Source: Vicugna vicugna
Lineage: Eukaryota
NCBI GenBank assembly: GCA_013265495.1
Contig: MU058687.1
Span: 3,412,001-3,476,000, forward strand
Length of the DNA: 64,000 bases
Direction of reading: 5' to 3'
Shown here: piece after piece, positions 49,821 through 61,230 of the stretch
Layout of the letters: every line of letters starts with the position of its first letter
How positions within the stretch are numbered: the stretch's first letter is position 1
The notes under the pieces: model-generated
What the model saw: only the letters and a program-made list of their open reading frames with translations
The model's database searches: none
What the model was told of the DNA's origin: nothing
Program-made: the position numbers and the translations under genes

Positions 49821-50770
49821 AAAAGGATGACTCTTATATGCAATATGACACGTTTGCTAAATCTCCTCACTGCCAATGACTGGTACATAGTATATGCCCA
49901 ACTCATGCGTTTTTAGTGAATGAGTGAGATTCTGAGATGAGACTCTAGCACTGCCACTTGTAATAAAGCAATTTATGTCACAATTAAACTGTGTCAACCA
50001 TCAGGAAAGAGGCATTTGCCTTGGATTTTAAACAGAGAAACCAATGGTATGAAATACTGTCACTGGCAAAGCTAATGAGCTTTTGACCTAGGAAAATAAA
50101 TTGGATTTCTCTAGGGTTCTAAAACAGACATAGCAAATACTTGTCCTCTACTGTGGTTAATGCAAACTCCACAAATTGATCATTGTATGCTCTCAGGTTG
50201 AGCTGGGATATGGTTCCAGAATCCTTCTTAACACAGCACAAAAGTCAACTGTTCCTGATTGAGCAGTATTGGCATGTAATGCCCGATTGCTATTTTGAGC
50301 CTCAGAGTAGGATCCTGTCTTTACCTGGGATAGTATAAGGACTCTCATAATGAAGACAGGAGGATGGACAAATTAACTTCTCCACAATGACAACATTCCT
50401 AGCTTCCTGGTGGTGGGGAGGAGCCATCTTGGGCTCATTTGGGCAGATTAACTTAAAAGCATTGAGATGTCATTCTCTAGCCTAGAGGACTTTATTTGAC
50501 ACCAAATCGCTGTTTTCTTCTGCAGGGACTTTGATCTTCTGGGGTTTTGGGGAGTCATCATGAGTTCCTGCATGGAACCAAAGAAGTTCTGGGCAAGAGC
50601 CTGATCTCCTCCCACTGTGTTCAGCTTGGGAATCTGCAGCATGGAGCTAGGAGGGATCCTTGAATGACAGTCCAGAGATGGGTGGGTGCTGACCAGCTGG
50701 TCACTTAGGGCAACTCTTCTCGACCCCCATCCTCTGATCTCTCACCTGCAAATTAAGGAGACTGTTAAAT

Positions 50771-51362
50771 CAGTGGTTCTCAGTGGGGGTGCTACTACCC
50801 CCTGGCACTTTCTGGAAATGTATGGGGACGTTTTTGATTATCACAATGCCTGGGGGACTGCTACTGGCATTGATTGGGTGGGGTCAGGATGATAGACATT
50901 TTCCTATGGGCAGCACAGCTTCACTCAACACAAAGAATTTTCCAAACGTCCCTCAAGATATTCATGGGGTAAAAATCTTGTTTAGAATGAACTGAATCTA
51001 CAACCTAACCCTGTTTTACATGTAAAGGCAAAGCATTTTTTCCCCATAGTTTTAATACCTGTTGAATTTTCCAGGAATGGCACTACCATGAGAATTGAGG
51101 GGTGACTTGTTTCTTTAGGAATTATTGTTCACTACTTTGGGAAAGCACAAAACCAATGGCAATGCAGAGCCTGCATTTGAATGACCATTGTAACCTACCT
51201 GTATCACTCTGACTTCCAAAACTTATGCAGGTAGATGTTTTATATATGTGTAATGTAGGTAGGTTATAGTTTCTGTGGATTTCATTTCAGGACCATTGGG
51301 GGCATTACAAACTATTTGTTGTAGAAAGGGTGCGTTAGGTCTGACTGGGCTAAAAACCACTG
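50771..51362. mobile_element. MER20/MER20B-like hAT-Charlie DNA transposon
   Basis: Terminal inverted ends CAGTGGTT (50771) and AACCACTG (~51355-51362); internal gctactggcatt. Confidence 0.65.
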
Positions 51363-52254
51363 GCCTAAAGATCCCCAAAGAGCCTGTTTAGCTCAAACGC
51401 CCTCTGAGTGTGGAAGTCGAAGGAGATTCACATGGCATGAATAATGGAAAACACACAGCAGTAGAAATGGATCAAGGCAAGGATTAACGTCCCCAAGTTG
51501 GACAGAGTCTACTGCTGAGAGTGCCCATTGCTGCGTAACTCTGTTACTGGGGTGAAGTCCTTGATTTTGGACTCTGTGTCCAAATGGGATTCAGGATCAG
51601 AATGCCTTAGTTGTGCAGCCACGTGGATCTTTTATTGTTGGCAAGGGATCGACCTCCTGTGCACCCACTGTACCTCTCCTTCTATCTGTAATCCTTCCTC
51701 ATGCCCCATTCTCATGATGTAATTTTAGTAGAATTAAACTTGAACAGCCCAAAATTATATAATTAATTACATTCAGCTTCAATTATAGTCACTAATTGAT
51801 CCAAGCCTACAAGCACAACACTTCCATTATTTGGCACACAATTATTGAGCACCTACTTTGTGCTGCAAATAAAGTAGGGAATGGTCAATTTCTCCTGAGG
51901 AGGGGAGGGTGCAGGGGGGTTGAGGGTTGTCAAGATAGTCCTCCTAAAGAAAAGGGGATAGTGGCCAAGGCTTTGGTGGGGAAGTGGCAGGGTGGTATGT
52001 CCCACTGGCCTTCTGGCTCAGTTATGAACGTTTTTATGCTAAAATATTTCATGTGGGCCACACTGGGATCAGGCAGGCTGGTTTTGGCACCAAATGTCAT
52101 ACGTTATACTGTAGGTCCCTCTGGTTTTCTTTGACTGTTGAATAATGATTACTTAAGAAATTAATAGATGCAATGAACAAGTGTCCCCAAGGTGCTCTTC
52201 ATCACCTCACGGGTCTTCCCACTCCTAACCCTTCCTCTGTAATCAAAGGCCTTG

Positions 52255-52390
52255 CTACTCAAACCTGAATCTGTATTCTTGTTCAATGCAGACTCTGTTT
52301 CAGCAGGTCTGGGTGGGGCCTGAGATCCTACATTGCCAGTAAGCCCCCAGGTGAGGCTGATGCTGCCAGTTTAGGGCCCACACATTGAGT
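52255..52390. mobile_element. MER5A-like fragment
   Basis: ttcagcaggtctgggtggggcctgagatcc..cccccaggtgaggctgatgctgc. Confidence 0.65.
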
Positions 52391-55300
52391 AGGCAGGTGC
52401 CAGGATCACTAGGTTACCCTCCTTTCAGATGCTGTCAGTCCTTGAGGGAGAAGCCAAAGCCAAGTCATGAAACACCTAGCTTCAGGAGACTGCAGTCATG
52501 AATCTCCCAGAGCGGGACAGTTACTGTCAAATTGCATTGGGGTTACTTCCTCCCTGTCATCTGTGTTCTTTTTAATAGGGCAGAGCAGTGTTATTTCTCT
52601 TGATAGTGGTTGTCTTAAGTAGCTCGCCACGTGATTTCAGATGTGGTAATGAAGGGGACATGTCCTAGAGGTTGGCCAGGCGTTTGTGAAGTGACTTATT
52701 CACTGAATACCTTCTGTCCGCCTAGGAGGAGCTGGGTCCTACAGAATAAGGAGAGACAAAGTTAAAAAAAAAAAAAAGACATCCATTAGGGTGGGAAAGG
52801 CAGGCATGTAAACAAACACATGGTATGACAATGTGATCAGTGGCCCACATGGGGCAACCTGTGCCGGTGCTCTGTTCTGAGGGATGCTAAGGACCAGCCG
52901 TGCCCTACCGTCACGGTGATTGTATGTCCGCATTACCAGGGATGTGGGCAGGCTGGACCCCTTGGGGACCTGAGTCGGAGGACCCTCTAGGAACCAGCTG
53001 GTTAAATGGAAAGGGCCCCACTCCCAGAGTTCTTCACCTCAGTCTTCTTCCCCTCTGCTTTTCTCCTTGTCCTCACCCCTCCTCAGCTTCCAGTAATGCC
53101 CAGTCTAGTGCTGGGCATTCAAACAGGGCACGGGGTGTTGGGTATTGGCCGTGTCTCAATGAGGAAGAGTGGTAATCATGTCTGTTGTTATTGCAGCAGG
53201 TCTAATGATGTCTTGTCAGCCTGAGAGTCCCCGGGATGTGGGACGCCTTTCTTCTCCCTGGGAAGTCCCTCTCAGGCTCCACCTGCCCCTCCCTTCCTGG
53301 GCTCCCCAAACAGTGCTCCAGAGTCATGTTCCACCTCTCTCACAATGGAGACTGGGGTAAGGAGGCCGCTGGGTCTCCCCACTTCAGACTCGAGCCCATT
53401 CAGTCACGAGGCAGAGGCTTCATCATAGTCCTCTCTCCCCCTCTCCTGAGTTCTGAGGGTTTCCGTGGGACCCAAGCATCCCGAGGGGCCAACTTGCCCT
53501 TGATGCTGTCTGGCCATGCAGGCATTCACCGGGCTGGACCAGTCCTCAGTCAGTTTGAGCCACCACTTACCTTTCCTGGAGGCATTTACCTTGAGTGTTT
53601 GCCAGAATGACAACCTTCATTCCTCTCTGCTCCATCTTGTCGGGGCAACTTCGTCATGACTTCTGGAAGTAGCAGTCACCTGACTGCTGCTCTGAGCCAG
53701 GCTGGGGCATGGGGAAGCTCTGAGACCGTAAAACTAGAGACACTATGAGACTATTTCTTTTCTGGGCTCTTGCCTCCAGTCCAGAGGCAGATCTACCTAG
53801 GAAATGCTTGCAGGTGTACTCTGACCGCACACCCCTCTGGGACTCCTGAGATCTAAAATAGGATGTAGGACTCCTCCTCTGGGACCCAGTGATGTCTCAG
53901 CTTTCATCAATTTCCCCTGACTATCTCCCTTCCTACCAGCTTGGAAAAAAGTATTTTTTAGTTGGGGTTGGATTGGGGGAAGTGGTGGAGGGTGCAGGGG
54001 GAGGAGGAAATCTTATTCCTAATGTTTCCTCCCAAATCCTTTGCTTAGGTTTTGCGTCTATTCCGTTTCCTAAAGGAAAATCCAAATAGCTAGCTTTTTG
54101 AATCAAAAACCAATCAGAGACTCCCCCACCTCCGTTTTGCAGTTTCCTCCTTTCCCAGGCAATAAGCAGAGACTTCTGGTAGCTGCTTGATGGTGGGGGT
54201 GGGGAAAAGGGCAGTGAACGGGGAAATGGGGAGAGGGAGGATACCCTCACTGAGGAGTGCCGAAATCTGCGTCTGCCACAAGATACCAGGGCTTCCGTTT
54301 GCTAAAGAATGCATAATGAGCTAAGTCTGGTTTTTAAATTTCTCTTTGGCTTGCAGGACCACCCCACTGCCAAAGGATGCCTCTGCCTTCCTTTGGCCCT
54401 TTTCCTCCCCCGGAAGATGTGCCTGTAGGTCTGCTGAGCTCACAGCAGCTCACAGCAGGGCCTCGCGGCAGTGAAGCAGGAATGTGAAAGATTGCTCACT
54501 GGTATTTTTTTTCTTCTTTTACTTACAGTGATTTTTAAGTTTGGGCATTCTCTGTCTTCCAGCTATGCTGAGGGTGTGGTTTTCGTGTAGCTGTAGGTTT
54601 TCTTCTGGTTCTGGAGGAAATTTGTGGAGACCGACAAGAGCAGCCAACCATTGTCTCAGAAAAAAAAACAGAGGGGAGAGATGTCCTCTGAAAGATAGGT
54701 GGTGAAGGGGATAAGAAGCAAAAAGGACCATTTAAGATCCCGCAGGATAGTAGGTGATCATCAAAAGGTTGTTTGCATGGAATCTGCCAGACACAGCTGG
54801 GTTAATTCTGGCTCTGCCTTCTGCCAGCTGTGTGAGTCCATGAGCAAGTCATTTACCTTCTACTCCTCTGTCTCTTCCTCTATAATGTAAACATAATAAA
54901 GATACCACTTCCTACCTCTTAGTGTTATGACGATTGATTGGGAAGAGGCACGTAAAGTGGCACATACTAAACACTTAATAACATTAGCTATTATTATCAT
55001 CACTACTACTATTACTATTATTGTTATTTATTCGCTATTTCAAAGAAACTCATCCTTGACAGGCGTAGGCTCTGGTAAGAGTGGTTTAAGGAGACATATT
55101 TCAACATTAAACATTTTTCCTTTACTTCCCTTAGGAAGCAGCAGTAGCAGTTTTCCAGTTTCAGTTTCTGATCCTGATCGAGTTCCTTGTCTGTTGACTT
55201 ACATATAGTAAGTAGGTGCTAGGTGAATACTTGATGAACAAATGATAGTCTGTATTTTAATCATAATCCAAAAATAATGAGGCCATGCTTTAAATTATTC

Positions 55301-55404
55301 TCTCCCTCTTTCTTCCCCACCCGACTCTCTCTCTCACACACACACACACAGGCACACCCCATTTTAAAACAGAATTCAACAAGGCTTTAAGCAGACATAG
55401 AGTA

Positions 55405-55995
55405 TGTATTAGTTTTCTATTGCTGTGTAACAAATACCACAGACTTAAGTCACTTCAAATAGCACACATTTCTTTCACACTTCCTGTAGGTCAAGAGTCC
55501 CACAGCTTAGCTGTGTCCTCTGCCTAGGGTCTTACAAGGCTGCAATCAAGGCTGAACACAGACAGCCTGGCTGTGTTCTTTCCTGAGGCTTGAGATCCTC
55601 TACCAAGTTCATTTAGGTTGTTGGCAGAGTTCAGTTCTTGTGGTTGTAGGATGGAGGCCCTTAGCTCCCAATGGCTGCCCCTCTCCATAGGCAGTTCACA
55701 ACATGGCTATTTGCTTCTTCAAGATCAGCAGAAGAGTAGCTCTCTAACCTCAGGAAGGACCTCTTTTAATGCATTGCCTGATTAAGCCAGGCCCACCCAG
55801 GATAATCTCCATTTTAGTTAACTCCAACTCAAGGAGTTAAAATATTGAGCTGCAAAATCCTTCCACTGTTGCCTAGTGATATAACTGAATGATGGAGTGA
55901 CATCCCATCATATGCAATCTCACCCACGTTTAAAGGGAGGGGATTATCCAAAATGAGTTGAGTGTGTGGGGTGTGGGAATCTTGAGGGCCCTCTT
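55405..55995 (-). mobile_element. MLT1 (D/E-like) solo LTR
   Basis: tgtattagttttctattgctgtgtaacaaataccacagactt...caggcccacccaggataatctcc. Confidence 0.8.
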
Positions 55996-57757
55996 CTAAG
56001 TCAGCCAATCACAGAATGTGTTTTCCAAGTGTCCTTTTCAGCCTAGCAGATATCATTACAAATAGAAACTCCAAAATGGGCTTCTATATTTGAGTTGATA
56101 CAAACTCCAAGAAGGTGGGGACCTTTTTTGAAGGCAATTCCTGACTAAGACACCATAAAGCCAATGAGGATGATAGTTTCTATATGTTGGGTGCTCTTCA
56201 GTACTTCAACATCCCTTATTCTGTCTAATTCACACAGTGATTGCATTTTACAGGAGGCTGGGATATGAACTGGTGCTCTGACTCTGGGGCCTCCTCTAAC
56301 TCCTGTCCTAAATTGAATTTAGAAGAATATGCACTGACAAACAAACACATGATAAATGATTTAAAATGATGATGGTGATGGCAAATTTTATGCCTTTGCT
56401 TTGTTTCTCTCTCTCTCTCTGTCTCCTGCTCTCTGACATTAAATGCTTGGTTACTCAAGGCCACAGTTACAGGATGTCAAGTAAACAGTATCCCCCACCT
56501 CTCTTTTTTTTTTCCAAGACAAGAAATGGAACAGAACAATAGGGAAGCGGCTTCGCAGTGTCTCAGAATGGCTGGCTAGCCTGTGCAGAGGCTGTGCAGG
56601 CGCCTGGCCGGGACCCTCCCAGCGGTCACGGCTGAGGCTGTTCCCGCTGGGACCCTCTGTGCTGCTCTGATCGCGAGCTGCTCGGCATCACCCTGGGCTC
56701 CTCCTTGGGCTCCAGGATGTCCCTGCCCGTGCATGTCTGGAATAGGCACTGACACGAGCATCTTCCTGGCCCCTGAAGAAGGGGCTCTGAGGCATAGAGG
56801 ACTGGGAGGTCTGCCAGACCAGGCTTGTCACTGCCTCCCTCCTCTTTCCACGCCACTGTCTACCCTCAAAACAAAACTCAGCTTCTGACCTCCCCCAACC
56901 TCTCCTGACCCCACCCAAGTCTACTTTCTTGCTTCCCGCTTTGCAAAGAGTAGCTGTAGCACTGGGCCTGCTCACCAGGGGTCACAAAGTTTCAGCTCGC
57001 TTATCCCCGCTGGCGGGTATCATTTGTGTGTCCGGCAGCTGAGGGAATTTACACACTTATGCATAGTGTTTGCATATTAATCCAATAGAAATATATGTTT
57101 TGCTTCCATCTAGAAATACGAGCCCTCCAATTTTTTTAGACACTTGCAGCTGTTTTTTTTTAAAAATTTCTTCAGAGTATATAGAAGAAATAGGCATCCC
57201 TTTTCCTCTCAGAAAGTCATTCCACAAGGTTTGTATACATCTAAATATCCTCCTCCCCACCCCCCAACACACCTCCCCAGCCAACAAGCTCAGGAGTGGG
57301 AATACAACTCAGGCCTCGCCAATCAGACCATCTCATTCTGGCCACAGCCATTGGATAAGAGATGGTTGTATGAGCTGTGCTGGACCAATCAGAGTGCTCC
57401 CTGAGATGTTCCTCTTCCCAATTTTGGGGAGAAGCTCTTTTTTCTGAGGTTAAGCTGGACTCTGGCTGTTGGAAGCTATTCTTATCCTAGAAAAGCTGTA
57501 GAGAAAGCTTGTATAAGAAATGGAAATACAAGTAGAGCCCTAGTGACATGGATTGAGCTGCTGGATTCCACTCTGCCTGAAGCCTACTTACTGCTGCACT
57601 TTGGGATTATGCATACACACCAATAAATCCCCCCCCCTTTTTGTTTTGCTTAACAAAGCAATCAGCTGGGATTCTTCACTTGTGATTGGAAAGTCCTTAT
57701 ACAAGAGCCAACATTCTGGAAATTTCTACCATTTGCCAGGCACTATGCAATGCATTT

Positions 57758-58521
57758 ATTTATATTTACTTATTTTATGTATTTTTATTGAGGTATAGTC
57801 AGTTTACAACATTGTGTCAATTTCTGGTGTACAGCATAATGCTTCGGTCATACATGAACATACATGCATCTATTTTCATATTCTTTTTCACCATAAGTTA
57901 CTACAAGACATTGAATATAGTTCCCTGTGCTATATAGTATACTTGTTGTTTATCTATTTTATATATATTAGTATCTGTAAATGTCGAACTCCCAGTTTAT
58001 CCCTTCCTACTCCCTTTCCCCTACTACCCCGCCTTAACCGTAAGTTTGTTTTCTATGTCTGTGAGTTGTTTCTGTTTTGTAAATAAGTTCCTTTGTCTTT
58101 TTTTTTTTTAGATTCCACATATAAGTGATATCATACGGTATTTTTCTGATTTGAAAATTTTCTCTTGTATTAGCTTGCTTTCTGTTTGGTTTTTGTGACT
58201 CTATTGTATGCTTTTGTTTTGTGGCTACCCTGTTTTTCAAGTATTTTAACCTCTTACTATATCTGTTTGCTTTAGACTGGTAGTCAGGTAGGCTCAAACA
58301 CATCCTAAAAAGAATGAAGGGGGAAAAAAAGAAGAAAGGAAAAAAAAAAGAGAGAGAGAAAAATCTATATATTCTTGCTCCCCCTCCCACCTTTTATGAT
58401 TTTGATGTCTTTTTTTTATATCTTTGTGTTTATTCTCTTATAATTCATTGTAGTTATTGCATTTCAATTATGGTTTTCTCATTTCTATAGCTTCCTGCTT
58501 CTTTTCTGTTTGTTTGTTTGT

Positions 58522-58560
<39 letters not shown>

Positions 58561-61037
58561 TTATTTTGCTTCTTTTCTATCTAGAGTAGACCTTTCAATA
58601 TTTCTTTTAGGATAGGTTTAGTATTGCTGAATTCTTCTAGTTTTCACTTGTCTGTGAAATTCTTTATCTCTCCTTCTACTCTAAAGGATAGTGTTGACAG
58701 ATAGAGTGTCCTAGGTTATAGCTTTTTCTCATTCAGGACTGAATATATCTTACCACTCCCTTCTGGTCAGCAGTGTTTGTGTAGAGAAATCAGCTGAAAG
58801 CCTTTTGGGGGTTCCCTTACAATTAACTCTTTGTTTTTCTCTTGCTGCCTTTAGAATCACTTCTTTATCTTTAACTTTGGCCATCTTAATTATAGTATGT
58901 CTTGGTATAGGTCTGCTTGGGTTCTTCTTGTTTGGGACCCTCTGTGCTTCCTATGCTTAAATATCTGTTTCCTTCTTTAGGTTTGGAAAGTTTTCAGTCA
59001 TTATTTCATCAAATACCTTTTCAATCCCCTTTTCTCTTTCTTCTCCTCTGGGGCCCCTATTATGCATAGGTTGGCATGCTTTATATTATCCCACAGTCCC
59101 TTTATATTATTTTCATTTGTTTTTACTTGCTTTTCTGTCTGCTGTTCTGATTGGCTTCTGTTATCATGTCTTCTAAGTCACTTATCCATTCCTCTGTATT
59201 ATCTAGTCTGCTTTTGACTGCCTTTAGCTTGGCTATTATCTAAGCCATTGAGTTTTCTGTTCTTAATTGGCTTCTTTTTATAGTTTCTATTTCCTTTTTA
59301 TAGTATTCTCTGTCTCTATTTATAGTCTCTCTTATTTCCTTCAGGGCTTTATCACCCTCTTTTTGAAATCATGATCTAGTAGACTGTCGTGGTCTATCTC
59401 ATTGTTCATTCTTTCAGGAGACTTTTCTTGTTCTTTTAATTGGGAGTGGTTCCCCTGCTTCTTCATTTTACTTACATTTCTCTGGCTCTGTGGATTTAGG
59501 AGTACCAGTGATGTACTGTGGTCTCAAAGGGCTGTTTTTTGGTTTGCTTGTTTTATTTAAAGTGGGAGTGTTCCTGTGTAGACTGTTGCATCTAATAGTT
59601 TTGTTATGAGGGCTGTTCTTAGTATGGATGTTTGCCACATCTTTCCTCCGTCTGTGTTGGCTGTTATCCCTTTGATTGAGGGTGTGGTTGGTGCTGTAGT
59701 GTTCAGAGCCTGCCCTGATTGTTGTTGAGCAGGGCCTCCTTTTTTGTTCCATGGTTGTCACAACCTTGACAGGGGCTGGGTCTGCTCCCCTGTTACAGGA
59801 ATAGAGGCTTCTAGATCCGTTTCTGAGCTGTGGTGTGTAGTAGGCAGGGTTGGAGTACTTCAGCTGGGAAGAAGAGCAGGCTGGAGATGTCCACTGGGGA
59901 GTGCCCTCTGTGGTGTTGTCTGCCACTTGTTGTGCAGGCTTAGAAAGTACTGTTTGTTGATGCTGCCTTAGCTGTGGGAATGTTGGCCACCCACTCTGGT
60001 GTCCCCCAGGTTCTGGGCCCCAGGAACCACCAGTGCACACCTGCCAGTGTCAGGTGCTAGGACCTGCTGTAGTGAGCTTGTAGTCACACACCTGAACCTG
60101 TGGTGTGCTGCAGGGTCTGCAAAGACCTGAGCCCCGCCTCCACGTATAGTCAGGTACGCAGGCCTATTGTACATACCTGTACTCGCCCCCATCATGAGTG
60201 AGAACTCCGCTCACTGCCTGTTCATCCCAGAGGTGCGGGTCCACAAAGGGTCCAGAGAGAGCAAATCCACCCTCTCTGCCTGGGGCTGTAAGCAAATCTC
60301 AGTCCTGCCTGTGAGGCTTCAGGGCTGCTGGGTATGGATTCAGCTTTCAGCCCCTCCTCTGTGCAGCAGCCCAAGCCCCGCCTCTCTTCTCACCAGAACA
60401 CACCAACAATGGAGCCAAGTGGAGAAAGTGGCTATGGTGCAACTGTATACACCCCCCCACACACACACACACTAACAGTGGTGCTTTTTTATGGGGGTCC
60501 CAGGCAATTCTGTTCCACACACACCCCTAGCCTGAGCTCACACCGTCCACCAGTCCCCTGAGGCTGCCTCTGTGCAGTGGGCCCCAGCCCTCTCCCCAGG
60601 CTCCTCACTGATCACCAGCAGCCAGTCCCGGCTCATCCCTGCTGGCTTGTATCTAGGGCTGGAGATTGCAGGGACCCTCCATGCCAGTTTACCTAGTTCT
60701 GTCTGCCAAGTGGCTGCCACTGTCTCCTCTGGGCCTCGGAAGCTCCACTTCTGTCCCCTGCTGACCTCTCAGCTAGAAAGAGGTCATCCCAGCGTGAAGG
60801 TGCCTTTCTTCCTTTGCCGCTCCCTCCCTGCAGGACTGGTCCTGCACAGATTTTTTCTTTTTCTCTCTTACTGGATTTTGTGAGAATCCTTCTGTATTTC
60901 AAAGTGAAAGACTGAACTTTGCCAGAGTTCAGTAGGTGTTCTGTGCTATTCAGTGGGTTTGTAGATGTAATTCTTGGTGTACCCGTGGGAGAGGGTGAGC
61001 TGTGAGTCTCTCTACTCTGCCATCTTGGCACCTCCCC
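57758..61037 (-). mobile_element. L1-derived element lacking ORF2 (half-L1/HAL1-like or internally deleted L1): 5'UTR, degenerate ORF1, inter-ORF region, L1 3' end and A-rich tail
   Basis: The minus strand starts GGGGAGGTGCCAAGATGGCAGAGTAG, an L1-type 5' end with a YY1-like motif. TSD ctatgcaatgcattt (57743-57757) / ctatgctatgcattt (61038-61052). Confidence 0.85.
58581..59466 (-). pseudogene. Degenerate L1 ORF1 (RNA-binding protein) inside the half-L1-like element
   Basis: The minus-strand ATG at 59466 reads MKKQGNHSQLKEQEKSPERMNNEIDHDSLLDHDFKK and the end reads LKEILKGLL* (stop at 58581-58583). Both resemble L1 ORF1 termini. The 886-nt span is not a multiple of 3 and no long ORF survives. 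Confidence 0.8.
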
Positions 61038-61052
61038 CTATGCTATGCATTT

Positions 61053-61230
61053 TAATTACATTATCTGTTTTAATCTGTGTAAGGGCCTTGCATGGTAGTC
61101 ATGATTACTTCAGTCGTACAGACTGGAAAAGGGAGGCTCAGAATAGGTAAGTAAATTTCTCATGAGCATACAGCAAGTGGCAGAGCAAAAATTTGTGCCG
61201 TCTGGCCTGGACTCCTATAATACTTACCAC
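61053..61230 (-). repeat. MIR SINE, right part (left part at ~57720-57757, split by the half-L1-like insertion)
   Basis: ctaccatttgccaggcactatgc | atgcattttaattacattatc..gaggctcagaataggtaagtaa..catacagcaagtggcagagc reads as one MIR once the insert is removed. Confidence 0.7.

Noticed and set aside
59468..60040. 190-aa minus-strand ORF upstream of L1 ORF1
   Set aside because: It lies in the L1 5'UTR, starts at a non-ATG codon and shows no recognisable homology; not supportable as a gene.
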